A DNA stretch of 63,966 nucleotides, taken from a virus. Positions 53,812 to 61,601 of the stretch are shown here, piece by piece; positions within the stretch are counted from its first letter, which is position 1; each line of letters starts with the position of its first letter. The DNA lies in IMG/VR virus record IMGVR_UViG_3300033112_000364, positions 1 to 63,966 of that record; one strand, given 5' to 3'. A program made the position numbers and the translations under genes. The notes beneath the pieces were generated by a model. That model did not search any database. It had not been told where the DNA came from and saw nothing but the letters and a program-made list of their open reading frames with translations.

Positions 53812-53967
53812 CTACAAGCGAGCTGTCATTGTCTTAAGACGCTTTACGATTTTTTCTGGTGTGTCTCCTGTGAACTGTAGCGGTTGCCCTGTAGTTACTT
53901 CTACAGAGCAGCCGCTTGGCTTGCCGTCACAGTAGCGTTGAAATGCATCCCATTTATTCATCGTCAT
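53812..53967 (-). CDS. possible 51-aa small protein (below the track cut-off)
   Basis: Hand translation MTMNKWDAFQRYCDGKPSGCSVEV... fills an otherwise empty 172-nt gap. Its start overlaps the end of the upstream gene. Confidence 0.35.
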   Translation of the reverse strand: MTMNKWDAFQRYCDGKPSGCSVEVTTGQPLQFTGDTPEKIVKRLKTMTARL

Positions 53968-54175
53968 ATCCTAATTTTATTTCAGGTAGTTCAGGTTCTA
54001 AAGTAAATTTCCCACACCATTCTGTTTTACTAACTTCAGGAAATCTGGTCACCAGCCCAAGGTCACCAGGATCACGCGAAAATTCAACAAAGGTTGGTGG
54101 ATTGATCCTACATTCACCGAGTTCACCAGTTCTGTGGTGAAAATACTTGCAACTTTTACATGTCCTTTTTGCCAT
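53954..54175 (-). CDS. small Cys-rich (zinc-binding-like) protein (73 aa)
   Basis: CKSCKYF...ECRINPP...WCGKF. Confidence 0.55.
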   Translation of the reverse strand: MAKRTCKSCKYFHHRTGELGECRINPPTFVEFSRDPGDLGLVTRFPEVSKTEWCGKFTLEPELPEIKLGYDDE

Positions 54176-54204
54176 AATAAAATCAAGGGAGGTTGCCCTC
54201 CCTT
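54176..54204 (-). terminator. GC-rich 8-bp hairpin plus U-tract; possible intrinsic terminator or translational control element
   Basis: aagggagg-ttgc-cctccctt, followed on the minus strand by GATTTTATT. It abuts the start of the next gene. Confidence 0.45.
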
Positions 54205-54213
54205 GTCCTTTTG

Positions 54214-54492
54214 TTACGCACTTGGCGTGCGTTGACCTTGATCGTCATCTTCTTCTTCAAGTTTGAAACCCAACTGCGTTCCAGGCTTCCTCTCATCATC
54301 TTTCAGTTTTGAAATATGCAAAGAAACCTGTTTGTCTCTCAAAAGATCAAACAGAGCGATGATAGCATCTTCATCATCATCGTCTGTAATCGGAACGTTG
54401 ATGTTGATAGCAGCATACCGATCATGCGACATATCGCCATCTTTGTTATACTTCGCAGATTTAATAAGCACCTGCTTCAGTTCAGCAATCAT
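54214..54492 (-). CDS. acidic hypothetical protein (92 aa)
   Basis: ORF in the array. Confidence 0.6.
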   Translation of the reverse strand: MIAELKQVLIKSAKYNKDGDMSHDRYAAININVPITDDDDEDAIIALFDLLRDKQVSLHISKLKDDERKPGTQLGFKLEEEDDDQGQRTPSA

Positions 54493-54497
54493 TGTGA

Positions 54498-55001
54498 TTA
54501 CTCCTTGCCATTATAGACATTGACAGCACGAGTTTTGAGTAAACCAGCAATCGCAGTTGCACCAGCATCAGCAACGTGCCAGTTCATCACCTTTGTGCCA
54601 GTTAGTTTAAAAACAAAACTGCTCACTGTACGCTTATCAGCTTTGCCACCACACCCACACGCAGCTTTGACCTGTTGAGGTGTGAAAAAATCGGTTGGCA
54701 ATCCCAATTGTTCAGCGGCAAGTGAGCAGATATAACATACTCCCGCAGTTGTGAGGCAGCTCGACGGATTATTATTGAAAAAGACCCGTTCCACTGCCAC
54801 GATGTCAAGTTGGTGCTTGTGTATAACTTCAACAACAGATGAATAAATCTCTTGCATCCGCTTGGGTTCGGTATCTTCACCATTCGTTTTGATGATACCA
54901 GAATCAATCATATCAAAAGCACCACGACTACTACGAGAGACTATTGCCCAGCCCGTATTTGCAAGGCCTGGGTCAATACCCAAAGCTTTCATTGTCTTCA
55001 T
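54498..55001 (-). CDS. ruvC: RuvC-type Holliday junction resolvase
   Basis: LGIDPGLANTGWAIV, VAVERVFF and HVADAGATAIAG align with the catalytic Asp/Glu/Asp blocks of RuvC. Confidence 0.85.
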   Translation of the reverse strand: MKTMKALGIDPGLANTGWAIVSRSSRGAFDMIDSGIIKTNGEDTEPKRMQEIYSSVVEVIHKHQLDIVAVERVFFNNNPSSCLTTAGVCYICSLAAEQLGLPTDFFTPQQVKAACGCGGKADKRTVSSFVFKLTGTKVMNWHVADAGATAIAGLLKTRAVNVYNGKE

Positions 55002-55226
55002 TTATTCTCCATAGCGAATTAGATTATACAATCTTTCAAGGACTGCTTCTTCTAATATGGTTGCAACATTTTCAGATTTGATGACATCTAATACTTCATC
55101 ACAAGCACTATCAACATCTTCAAAATCAGAAATGATTCCTGCGATCTCGTTCATAAAATCATATTCGGAGAGTTCCATTGCTCCAATATCTCCGACAATG
55201 ATGTTTTCAAGTTCTTTGACGTGCAT
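55002..55226 (-). CDS. acidic hypothetical protein (74 aa)
   Basis: Coupled ORF. Confidence 0.55.
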   Translation of the reverse strand: MHVKELENIIVGDIGAMELSEYDFMNEIAGIISDFEDVDSACDEVLDVIKSENVATILEEAVLERLYNLIRYGE

Positions 55227-55235
55227 TGTGTTCTC

Positions 55236-55607
55236 CTAAATTGGATGATCCTCGTTATCGTCTTCAACTACATAGTCTTCAATTTCATGAGTATGAGTAA
55301 ATGTGAAATCATACTCGCCAGAGAGGATATTAGCAAGCACACGCCTACATTCCTCTTTAGTTCCAGTATGTAACTTATCACGAGAATCTACCGCTGGGTA
55401 GTCAATAAATGACCCAGAGAACCCATAACCCCAATATACATAGAGTTCATAGACATCATCATCATCTGTGAAATAATAACTCCTACCGTCACTATATTCA
55501 GAATGCTTCTTTTCAACCTTGTAATACTTGTCGTGTGGTCTAAACACGAAACCACCGATTTCTGCCCAGCAATCGTAGGTGGTGTCAAAATCAATTTTAT
55601 CTTTCAT
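55236..55607 (-). CDS. hypothetical protein (123 aa)
   Basis: ATG 55607 forms an ATGA overlap with the upstream stop. The track start is 55622. Confidence 0.6.
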   Translation of the reverse strand: MKDKIDFDTTYDCWAEIGGFVFRPHDKYYKVEKKHSEYSDGRSYYFTDDDDVYELYVYWGYGFSGSFIDYPAVDSRDKLHTGTKEECRRVLANILSGEYDFTFTHTHEIEDYVVEDDNEDHPI

Positions 55608-55951
55608 ACTACACTTCTCCACTTCTTGAGCATCTCAATGACATACTCAAGATCGGTTAGTTTGTTGTTTTGCCACATTCTCGTTTGGACACTCTTTCTT
55701 GTGAAAAACTCAAAACTGATACATTTGAGTTTATCAATCTCTTGTGTCCATCTTGGGCGTGAGATCGGGTGAGATCTGCCGTCTGAATTGAGTTGTTTAT
55801 CAGCATATTTGATAAGTTCAACACCAGTCAATTCCATTTTCCAGTATGCCTCAAGGACATCAACCTCAAGGGCTAAAATATCTAAAGCTATAGCAATCAA
55901 CTCATCATACGCTTTTGAAATCTTGAGACGTAATACAGGTTTCAAAGTCAT
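55604..55951 (-). CDS. hypothetical protein (115 aa), first gene of the minus-strand early array
   Basis: AGGAG lies upstream of ATG 55951. It is adjacent to the divergent intergenic region. Confidence 0.6.
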   Translation of the reverse strand: MTLKPVLRLKISKAYDELIAIALDILALEVDVLEAYWKMELTGVELIKYADKQLNSDGRSHPISRPRWTQEIDKLKCISFEFFTRKSVQTRMWQNNKLTDLEYVIEMLKKWRSVV

Positions 55952-56114
55952 TGACTTTCTCCTATGTTTCAGTTAAAATATAAATAGTCAAAAGGTATTT
56001 GCGTGCCATAAGACTATCACACGGGAATCACACCGATTCCCATTTCTTTTAAGTATAACACCACACTTGCCAGTTGTCAAGAGAAAATGTTGATTTTTTT
56101 ATATAGGAGAAAAA

Positions 56115-56900
56115 ATGCGTATATCATTTCTTTCAGATAATCATATTTTACCAAGCATGCATAGCACAGACGAATTGGGACTCACACACAAAATTGTGTT
56201 GGTTGATTTAGACTGGATAACACATGAGCGATTTCTTGAACTTCGAGAATCAAAAAAAATGTGTATTGGCTACATCACCTCACCGAAACTCAACGGTTGG
56301 CATCGGGATCACCGAACTTCTGTATTGGGTTATATGAGCGGCGTTTATGCTGCGAGCGAGTATCTCAAGAATCAACTCGCAACTCTCAATCATGAAATCG
56401 GATTACTCCCATTCCCAGTTTCTGCGGACATACACAAGCCAACAAAGAAAGAGAAAAAGTTATTAGTGGTAGGAGAACCAATCACAGTAAAAGGAAAAGA
56501 AAACCACGCAGAAAACATTGAGCCAGTCCTTCAAATCTTTATAGCACTAAAAGAATTTGGCTTTGAAAACGCCATCGCATCAAATCCAACAGCATACTTA
56601 TTAGCAGAATGTTGGGGGTTTATAGATATGTCCCGCAGTAGCAGATTGCCAACACATTTTATCACTGCGGGAATATGTGGGTGTTGGTGTTTTGTATGGT
56701 CTTATCACGCTTATGCAGACAAATATCCGATTCATCGCTTCGCTAATCCAGAGCATGCAGTTGAACAAATTATGACATGTTATGAAAATTCCGAAGGCAA
56801 AGCCAACATGGATTTTCGCAAGTATATGTCAAAATTACACGGATTTTCAACATTTGAGAAGAACCTAAAAATTATTGTCAACAAAATTATTTTTAATTAA
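56115..56900 (+). CDS. hypothetical protein (261 aa), first gene of the plus-strand operon
   Basis: AGGAG RBS. I could not verify any motif. Confidence 0.65.
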   Translation: MRISFLSDNHILPSMHSTDELGLTHKIVLVDLDWITHERFLELRESKKMCIGYITSPKLNGWHRDHRTSVLGYMSGVYAASEYLKNQLATLNHEIGLLPFPVSADIHKPTKKEKKLLVVGEPITVKGKENHAENIEPVLQIFIALKEFGFENAIASNPTAYLLAECWGFIDMSRSSRLPTHFITAGICGCWCFVWSYHAYADKYPIHRFANPEHAVEQIMTCYENSEGKANMDFRKYMSKLHGFSTFEKNLKIIVNKIIFN

Positions 56901-56913
56901 TTTTTATTTACAC

Positions 56914-56942
56914 TTGACAAATGGCAAGATTTGTGATACAAT
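56914..56942 (+). promoter_or_regulatory. strong sigma70-like promoter (TTGACA, 17-nt spacer, TACAAT, with an extended -10 TG)
   Basis: ttgaca at 56914-56919 and tacaat at 56937-56942, with tg at 56934-56935. Confidence 0.65.
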
Positions 56943-56968
56943 AATTATATAAAAAATTACATAAGAAG

Positions 56969-57172
56969 GTGAAAAGTGTGTTTAGTGGAATAAGAATAAC
57001 AATTAATGAAAATCGTCTATACGAGGTTGAAGTTATGGAAGGTACGTCATATCTTCACATCGGTAACTACGAAACTCGTAAAGAAGCGTTCAGAAAAGCG
57101 AGACAGATTTTTAATGCTGAAGCAGAAGTTGAAAGCATTAGAGAGCAATCGCGTCAAGAACGCGTGAGATAA
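56969..57172 (+). CDS. hypothetical protein (67 aa, GTG start)
   Basis: AAGAAGG lies upstream of the GTG. An imperfect GC hairpin follows at about 57190-57210. Confidence 0.5.
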   Translation: MKSVFSGIRITINENRLYEVEVMEGTSYLHIGNYETRKEAFRKARQIFNAEAEVESIREQSRQERVR

Positions 57173-57228
57173 ACCCCCAAAGGACAGGGGCGGGCAACCG
57201 CCTCTGATAAAAGCAGATAGGAGATACT

Positions 57229-57816
57229 ATGTTTGATTTATTTCTAAATCCCACAATTGATACAGACAGATTATCAGATTTTATTCAGCGGTGCGGTGAT
57301 AAGAACACAGAAGTGTTTTTTTACCATACAGGCAAAAATATTCTTTTGTTCGCTAATTATGTCTCATCAGTTGTAGCTGGTACATCGCACATTACTAATG
57401 TTGTTTTATGCTTTAATCGAGATGTAGGTGTAGTAGAAGCACAAATCGTTCATGATGCTATCCAAAAATGGTTGAACGATTTGGAAAGAGAGATCAAGTT
57501 CAACGCATTCAAGGACATTCCAAACTACATCTACAAAATGGTGGAATTTCAATTTGCACTTGAAGAAGGTGACATCGCTACCGCAGTGCAAACCTGTATT
57601 GATTCAATCAATAAATTGCGTAATCGTTTACCGCGAAAAACCAACCTCGCTCAATACTTTATTGATAAAGTTTCTATTCATCCAGAGACTGCGAAATATC
57701 TCGCTCAACCCCGTGAACCAAAATACCATGCCTACGAAACTTGGAGATTATCAGCACAAGAAACCGAACACTTTACCGTTCTCATCAAAAATCATATCAA
57801 GGAGATACAATCATGA
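57229..57816 (+). CDS. hypothetical protein (195 aa)
   Basis: TAGGAG RBS. Confidence 0.65.
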   Translation: MFDLFLNPTIDTDRLSDFIQRCGDKNTEVFFYHTGKNILLFANYVSSVVAGTSHITNVVLCFNRDVGVVEAQIVHDAIQKWLNDLEREIKFNAFKDIPNYIYKMVEFQFALEEGDIATAVQTCIDSINKLRNRLPRKTNLAQYFIDKVSIHPETAKYLAQPREPKYHAYETWRLSAQETEHFTVLIKNHIKEIQS

Positions 57817-58010
57817 TGAAAGTGTTTCTCAAACCAGGTGAGCCTCTTTTCACATGGAATCACAGAATAGAAGGAGACAAAGTAATAATCACCGTGACAC
57901 AGAAACTACCAAATTGGAAACCTGTAAAGGAGAAAGAAAACGATGAGTGTAGTATTGAGACCACTCCCACAAGCCACAATAGACCATGTAAAGCAGATGA
58001 TAGAGAATAA
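57813..58010 (+). CDS. hypothetical small protein (65 aa)
   Basis: ATGA overlap with the upstream stop and AAGGAG 8 nt upstream. Its 3' end overlaps the next gene by 68 nt. Confidence 0.45.
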   Translation: MMKVFLKPGEPLFTWNHRIEGDKVIITVTQKLPNWKPVKEKENDECSIETTPTSHNRPCKADDRE

Positions 58011-58842
58011 GGAAAAATACCAGATACTCTCGCTGGGTGGGGGTGTGCAATCGTCTGCTTTATGGCTAATGAACATGATGGGACTGATAGAACCTCGGGC
58101 AGAGTTTGCCATCTTCGCAGATACAATGTGGGAACGGCAAGGAACTTATGATTACTTGGACTATCTTGATGAGCAAGCAGAACAATTCGGATTTCCACCG
58201 ATTATGCGTGTGTCAGCTGGGAACATCAGAGACGATATGGTGAACGATGACTCCGCACAACACCAACACATGCCTTTTTATACTGACAGTGGTTCTAAAG
58301 GAGGTGGAATGCTCAATAGGCAATGTTCTGGTATCTATAAAATATCAGTTGTGAAAAGAGAAGTTAGACGCATCTTTGGTATGAAGAAACGAGTCCAATG
58401 GATCGGATTTTCTATGGACGAACTCTCAAGACGCAACGATGAGAACTTCCCACAGTATATACAACCTCGCTACCCACTACTTGATATGCGGTGGGACAGA
58501 GACGCATGCTACAAGTGGTATAAAGACAATGACCACCCCATACCCATCAAAACAAGTTGTGTGGGGTGTCCTTTCCGTTCTGATGGTGAATGGTGGGATA
58601 TGCGAGTAAACCACCCTGAAGAATGGAAAGAAGCTTGTGATTTTGATAATGAAGTCAGACCGAAACACTGCAACAGACCGAGGGTGAAACAACTTCAACT
58701 TGAGATGTTTCCAGATGATGTTGAACCACCTTCGTTTGAGCTATTTATTCACCGTTCTATTTCACCGCTTGAAACTGCAAAACTGAATGCAAGTTGTAGA
58801 GATGGTGACCAGATAGAATGTGGTGGGGGGTGTCACATATAA
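57943..58842 (+). CDS. PAPS-reductase-family (PP-loop ATPase-like) protein
   Basis: LSLGGGVQSSALWLM is PP-loop-like (SGGxDS-type), plus the Cys motifs CVGCPF and CGGGC. Confidence 0.55.
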   Translation: MSVVLRPLPQATIDHVKQMIENKEKYQILSLGGGVQSSALWLMNMMGLIEPRAEFAIFADTMWERQGTYDYLDYLDEQAEQFGFPPIMRVSAGNIRDDMVNDDSAQHQHMPFYTDSGSKGGGMLNRQCSGIYKISVVKREVRRIFGMKKRVQWIGFSMDELSRRNDENFPQYIQPRYPLLDMRWDRDACYKWYKDNDHPIPIKTSCVGCPFRSDGEWWDMRVNHPEEWKEACDFDNEVRPKHCNRPRVKQLQLEMFPDDVEPPSFELFIHRSISPLETAKLNASCRDGDQIECGGGCHI

Positions 58843-59195
58843 TGAAAAAAGTATTTCAAAAGATTAATTGGATAATTAACCGCTTTCGTAAACCCAGCGA
58901 GAACAAATGGGAAAAATATGATGTGCGTCTTATCACTTTTACCGAATTAATGTCTACTGGAAAAAGAATAAATCACCGAATGACAATATCAGGTAATCAG
59001 ATGACATGCTCACTCATAGAACATATTATCAGAAGGCAAAAGTGGATTTCAAAATATGACTCAACAACTTTGAGAACAGAGTCTGAATTTGAGTTGCTGC
59101 GTGGTAGTCCACCAAATAAAATTGACTCTGGTAAATATGCTCAAACGCTATTAGAAGCAGCACAAACCAAGCAGGGATTTGCAACAAAAACTTGA
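58842..59195 (+). CDS. hypothetical protein (117 aa)
   Basis: TAATG overlap with the upstream stop. The alternative track start is 58818. Confidence 0.55.
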   Translation: MKKVFQKINWIINRFRKPSENKWEKYDVRLITFTELMSTGKRINHRMTISGNQMTCSLIEHIIRRQKWISKYDSTTLRTESEFELLRGSPPNKIDSGKYAQTLLEAAQTKQGFATKT

Positions 59196-59246
59196 TTTAA
59201 ATGTGTTAAAGTGCTATGCTATGGGAAAAAATGAAAGGAGATTGAT

Positions 59247-59543
59247 ATGAAAGCCCGAATTTACTTGAAAGGACTTGCAGCAACTATTGCTGGAGACACA
59301 AATTTACCTGTTTCAACAGTAATGCGAGTTTTAAATTCATACCATGATAATGTCATTGATTGTGTATCAGATGGCATTCCAGTACAGATTACTGGGTTTG
59401 GGAAGTTTGATCGGAAACATCGTTCCGCACGGAATGTCCGCAACCCACAAACAGGCGAAATGATGACGGTTGAATCGAAAGACGTGCCACATTTCAGTGC
59501 TGGTAGCGAATTCAAAAAAAGGGTTGACAGCATAGGAGAATAG
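59247..59543 (+). CDS. HU/IHF-family DNA-binding protein
   Basis: GFGKFDRKHRSARNVRNPQTGEMMTVESKDVPHFSAGSEFKKRV matches the HU/IHF arm signature. Confidence 0.9.
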   Translation: MKARIYLKGLAATIAGDTNLPVSTVMRVLNSYHDNVIDCVSDGIPVQITGFGKFDRKHRSARNVRNPQTGEMMTVESKDVPHFSAGSEFKKRVDSIGE

Positions 59544-59635
59544 CGGTATAATAAGAGTCTACATTATTATTGGTGAACATAGAGTGTGAAAAGTTCGGAA
59601 TTCCACAGTGAGCCACTTGGCACAGTATGTATTCT

Positions 59636-61594
59636 CTAACCCACAGGCGTCGGTAGGGCATTCCCTTCCGACGCTTGTTGGTTTTGAGACATTCCTTCTG
59701 TCATCTGTTGTAGCATTCCAAGACCACCCCCACCAGCTTGTTGTATTTCTGCATCCATCTGTGCCATGAGTTCCCTTGCTTGTAGCATCTGTTGGACTTG
59801 TTCCGCAATCGGTATGCCCGGCACTAACGTTTTAGTCATCGCTTCCATTTGTGCCATCCACTCCTCAGGCATCTTATCGCTCATTTCCGTCAACTTCATA
59901 AATGTTGCTGGCGGGATCAATCCCATATTGTACATGATCATATAGATATTCCACTCGCCCGAAACCGTCGTTGACGGCAACATCGCTTTACTATCTATCT
60001 GAACATCAAATTTCAAGTCTGCCATAGCAAGATCAATGTTTGGATACTCATCAAGTCCTAATCGCTCTGAATAAAACTCATTAGCAAAATCTGTGTGTTT
60101 TTGCATCATCATCGTTTCAAGATTCGCAGCGTTCAAGTGTCCAACATCAAGCATGCGAGCATATTCTGCCATCAACGTGTTTGCTGTTTCTAATAAAGTT
60201 TGAGCGTGAATACCAGATTTTACCGAAGACGGAGCGATACCTGATAGGATACCTTGAGGATCACCAGAAAGCTCACGTGTATATGCTACCTCGTTCTGCA
60301 TCAAATTATGAACAGATGATCCCACATCGCCAGGCTCTATCTGTTTGATTCGGTTACGAGAAATAGCGTCATGCTCCACATACATCAAAATGTTAGACTT
60401 CATAGAGAAGTTCTTACCTTGAACTGCTCCACGCTCTGCCATCCATTGAGTGTATGCATTAGCCCTCACATTTTTACCGATTGCGTTGTAGCAAATGTCT
60501 ATGAAATCTTGAGTTCCTATGATAGTATCTACGAGAGAATATCCACCCGCCCTATCACTCATTGGATCATGACAATGACACACGATCGGATACAACCCCA
60601 TCAAGTCGGGGCCCTTGTCTTCCTCTTTCATACCATAAGGGATTGCCCAGTCGTTCACAAGTATGAATAGACGAGCGCGCGTGTCCTTCCTCTGCGGGTT
60701 TTCTCGCATCTCCTCAACATCACCGTCAAAGTTCAAGAGGTCAGGAACGCCTGGATTCCAAAAGAATGCTTTCACTGGATATGCTGGCATCTCCCGTTTG
60801 ACTTCAACCTGATCATCTGCTGCATCGCTCGTTGTCCAATATCTGCGTATCATAGACGCATCATCGAGATAATTCTTTTCAGAATCACCCCCCATATAAT
60901 CTCTCTCTGCGAGACCATATCTTGCATAGATTTCAGCTGCAGACATCTCAGTCTGAACTCTGATATATCTTGAATCCCAAAAAGTAGAAATATCTTTGGC
61001 TGCAGGATCAAGTAAAACCTGATGACGATATGCTAATCTCGGATTGACAACCGTTCCTCGCCACATATCTTGCCTGACACTATAGACGGTAAATGCCATC
61101 CCGTCTATTAGAGACATCTCAACCTGTCTCTTTTTGAGAACTTGCTCTTTCCTCATCTGTCGTTCAAGTTTGACAGCATCATTCAATTTTGTAGCAACAA
61201 CACGATTTTCATAATCATTCTGATAGAACATATCCTCGTATGCGAACTCGCCCATCGCATCGGGACGCAGTGCTTTGATTTGTGCCTCAGGTGCTGCACG
61301 TGAAAGCAGAGCGGTGAATTGCTGCACTTTTGGTTTGATGACATCTTTATGTAGTATTGTGTTGTTTGAATACTGCTCCAGTTTGCCTCGCACATTTCTT
61401 GGAGCATTCCGCAGAAGATGAGGCATATCACCCCGAACATACGAGTGATTGCGAATAGAATTATCAATATCACTTGCAGCTTCTTCTAAAGCCATACCTT
61501 CAAGATGTAGTAGTGCTTGCCGCATATCTTCAACGGTTGTTATTTGTTCGAGTGGTTTACGAATACCATCTCCGTGCGTAACAATACTATGCAT
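59636..61594 (-). CDS. portal protein candidate (652 aa)
   Basis: The size fits, and the Gln/Met/Ala-rich C-terminal tail resembles that of T7-type portals. It starts 7 nt after the giant gene stop. No diagnostic motif was verifiable by eye. Confidence 0.55.
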   Translation of the reverse strand: MHSIVTHGDGIRKPLEQITTVEDMRQALLHLEGMALEEAASDIDNSIRNHSYVRGDMPHLLRNAPRNVRGKLEQYSNNTILHKDVIKPKVQQFTALLSRAAPEAQIKALRPDAMGEFAYEDMFYQNDYENRVVATKLNDAVKLERQMRKEQVLKKRQVEMSLIDGMAFTVYSVRQDMWRGTVVNPRLAYRHQVLLDPAAKDISTFWDSRYIRVQTEMSAAEIYARYGLAERDYMGGDSEKNYLDDASMIRRYWTTSDAADDQVEVKREMPAYPVKAFFWNPGVPDLLNFDGDVEEMRENPQRKDTRARLFILVNDWAIPYGMKEEDKGPDLMGLYPIVCHCHDPMSDRAGGYSLVDTIIGTQDFIDICYNAIGKNVRANAYTQWMAERGAVQGKNFSMKSNILMYVEHDAISRNRIKQIEPGDVGSSVHNLMQNEVAYTRELSGDPQGILSGIAPSSVKSGIHAQTLLETANTLMAEYARMLDVGHLNAANLETMMMQKHTDFANEFYSERLGLDEYPNIDLAMADLKFDVQIDSKAMLPSTTVSGEWNIYMIMYNMGLIPPATFMKLTEMSDKMPEEWMAQMEAMTKTLVPGIPIAEQVQQMLQARELMAQMDAEIQQAGGGGLGMLQQMTEGMSQNQQASEGNALPTPVG

Positions 61595-61601
61595 ATCTCA
61601 C

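Noticed and set aside
59544-59635. A tRNA, an sRNA or a bidirectional terminator in the convergent gap between HU and the portal, with the same check applied to other gaps
   Set aside because: There is no cloverleaf-compatible pairing and no strong hairpin with a U-tract. I found only a GGAATTCC palindrome and weak AT-rich pairings. No tRNA-like sequence was found in any intergenic region.
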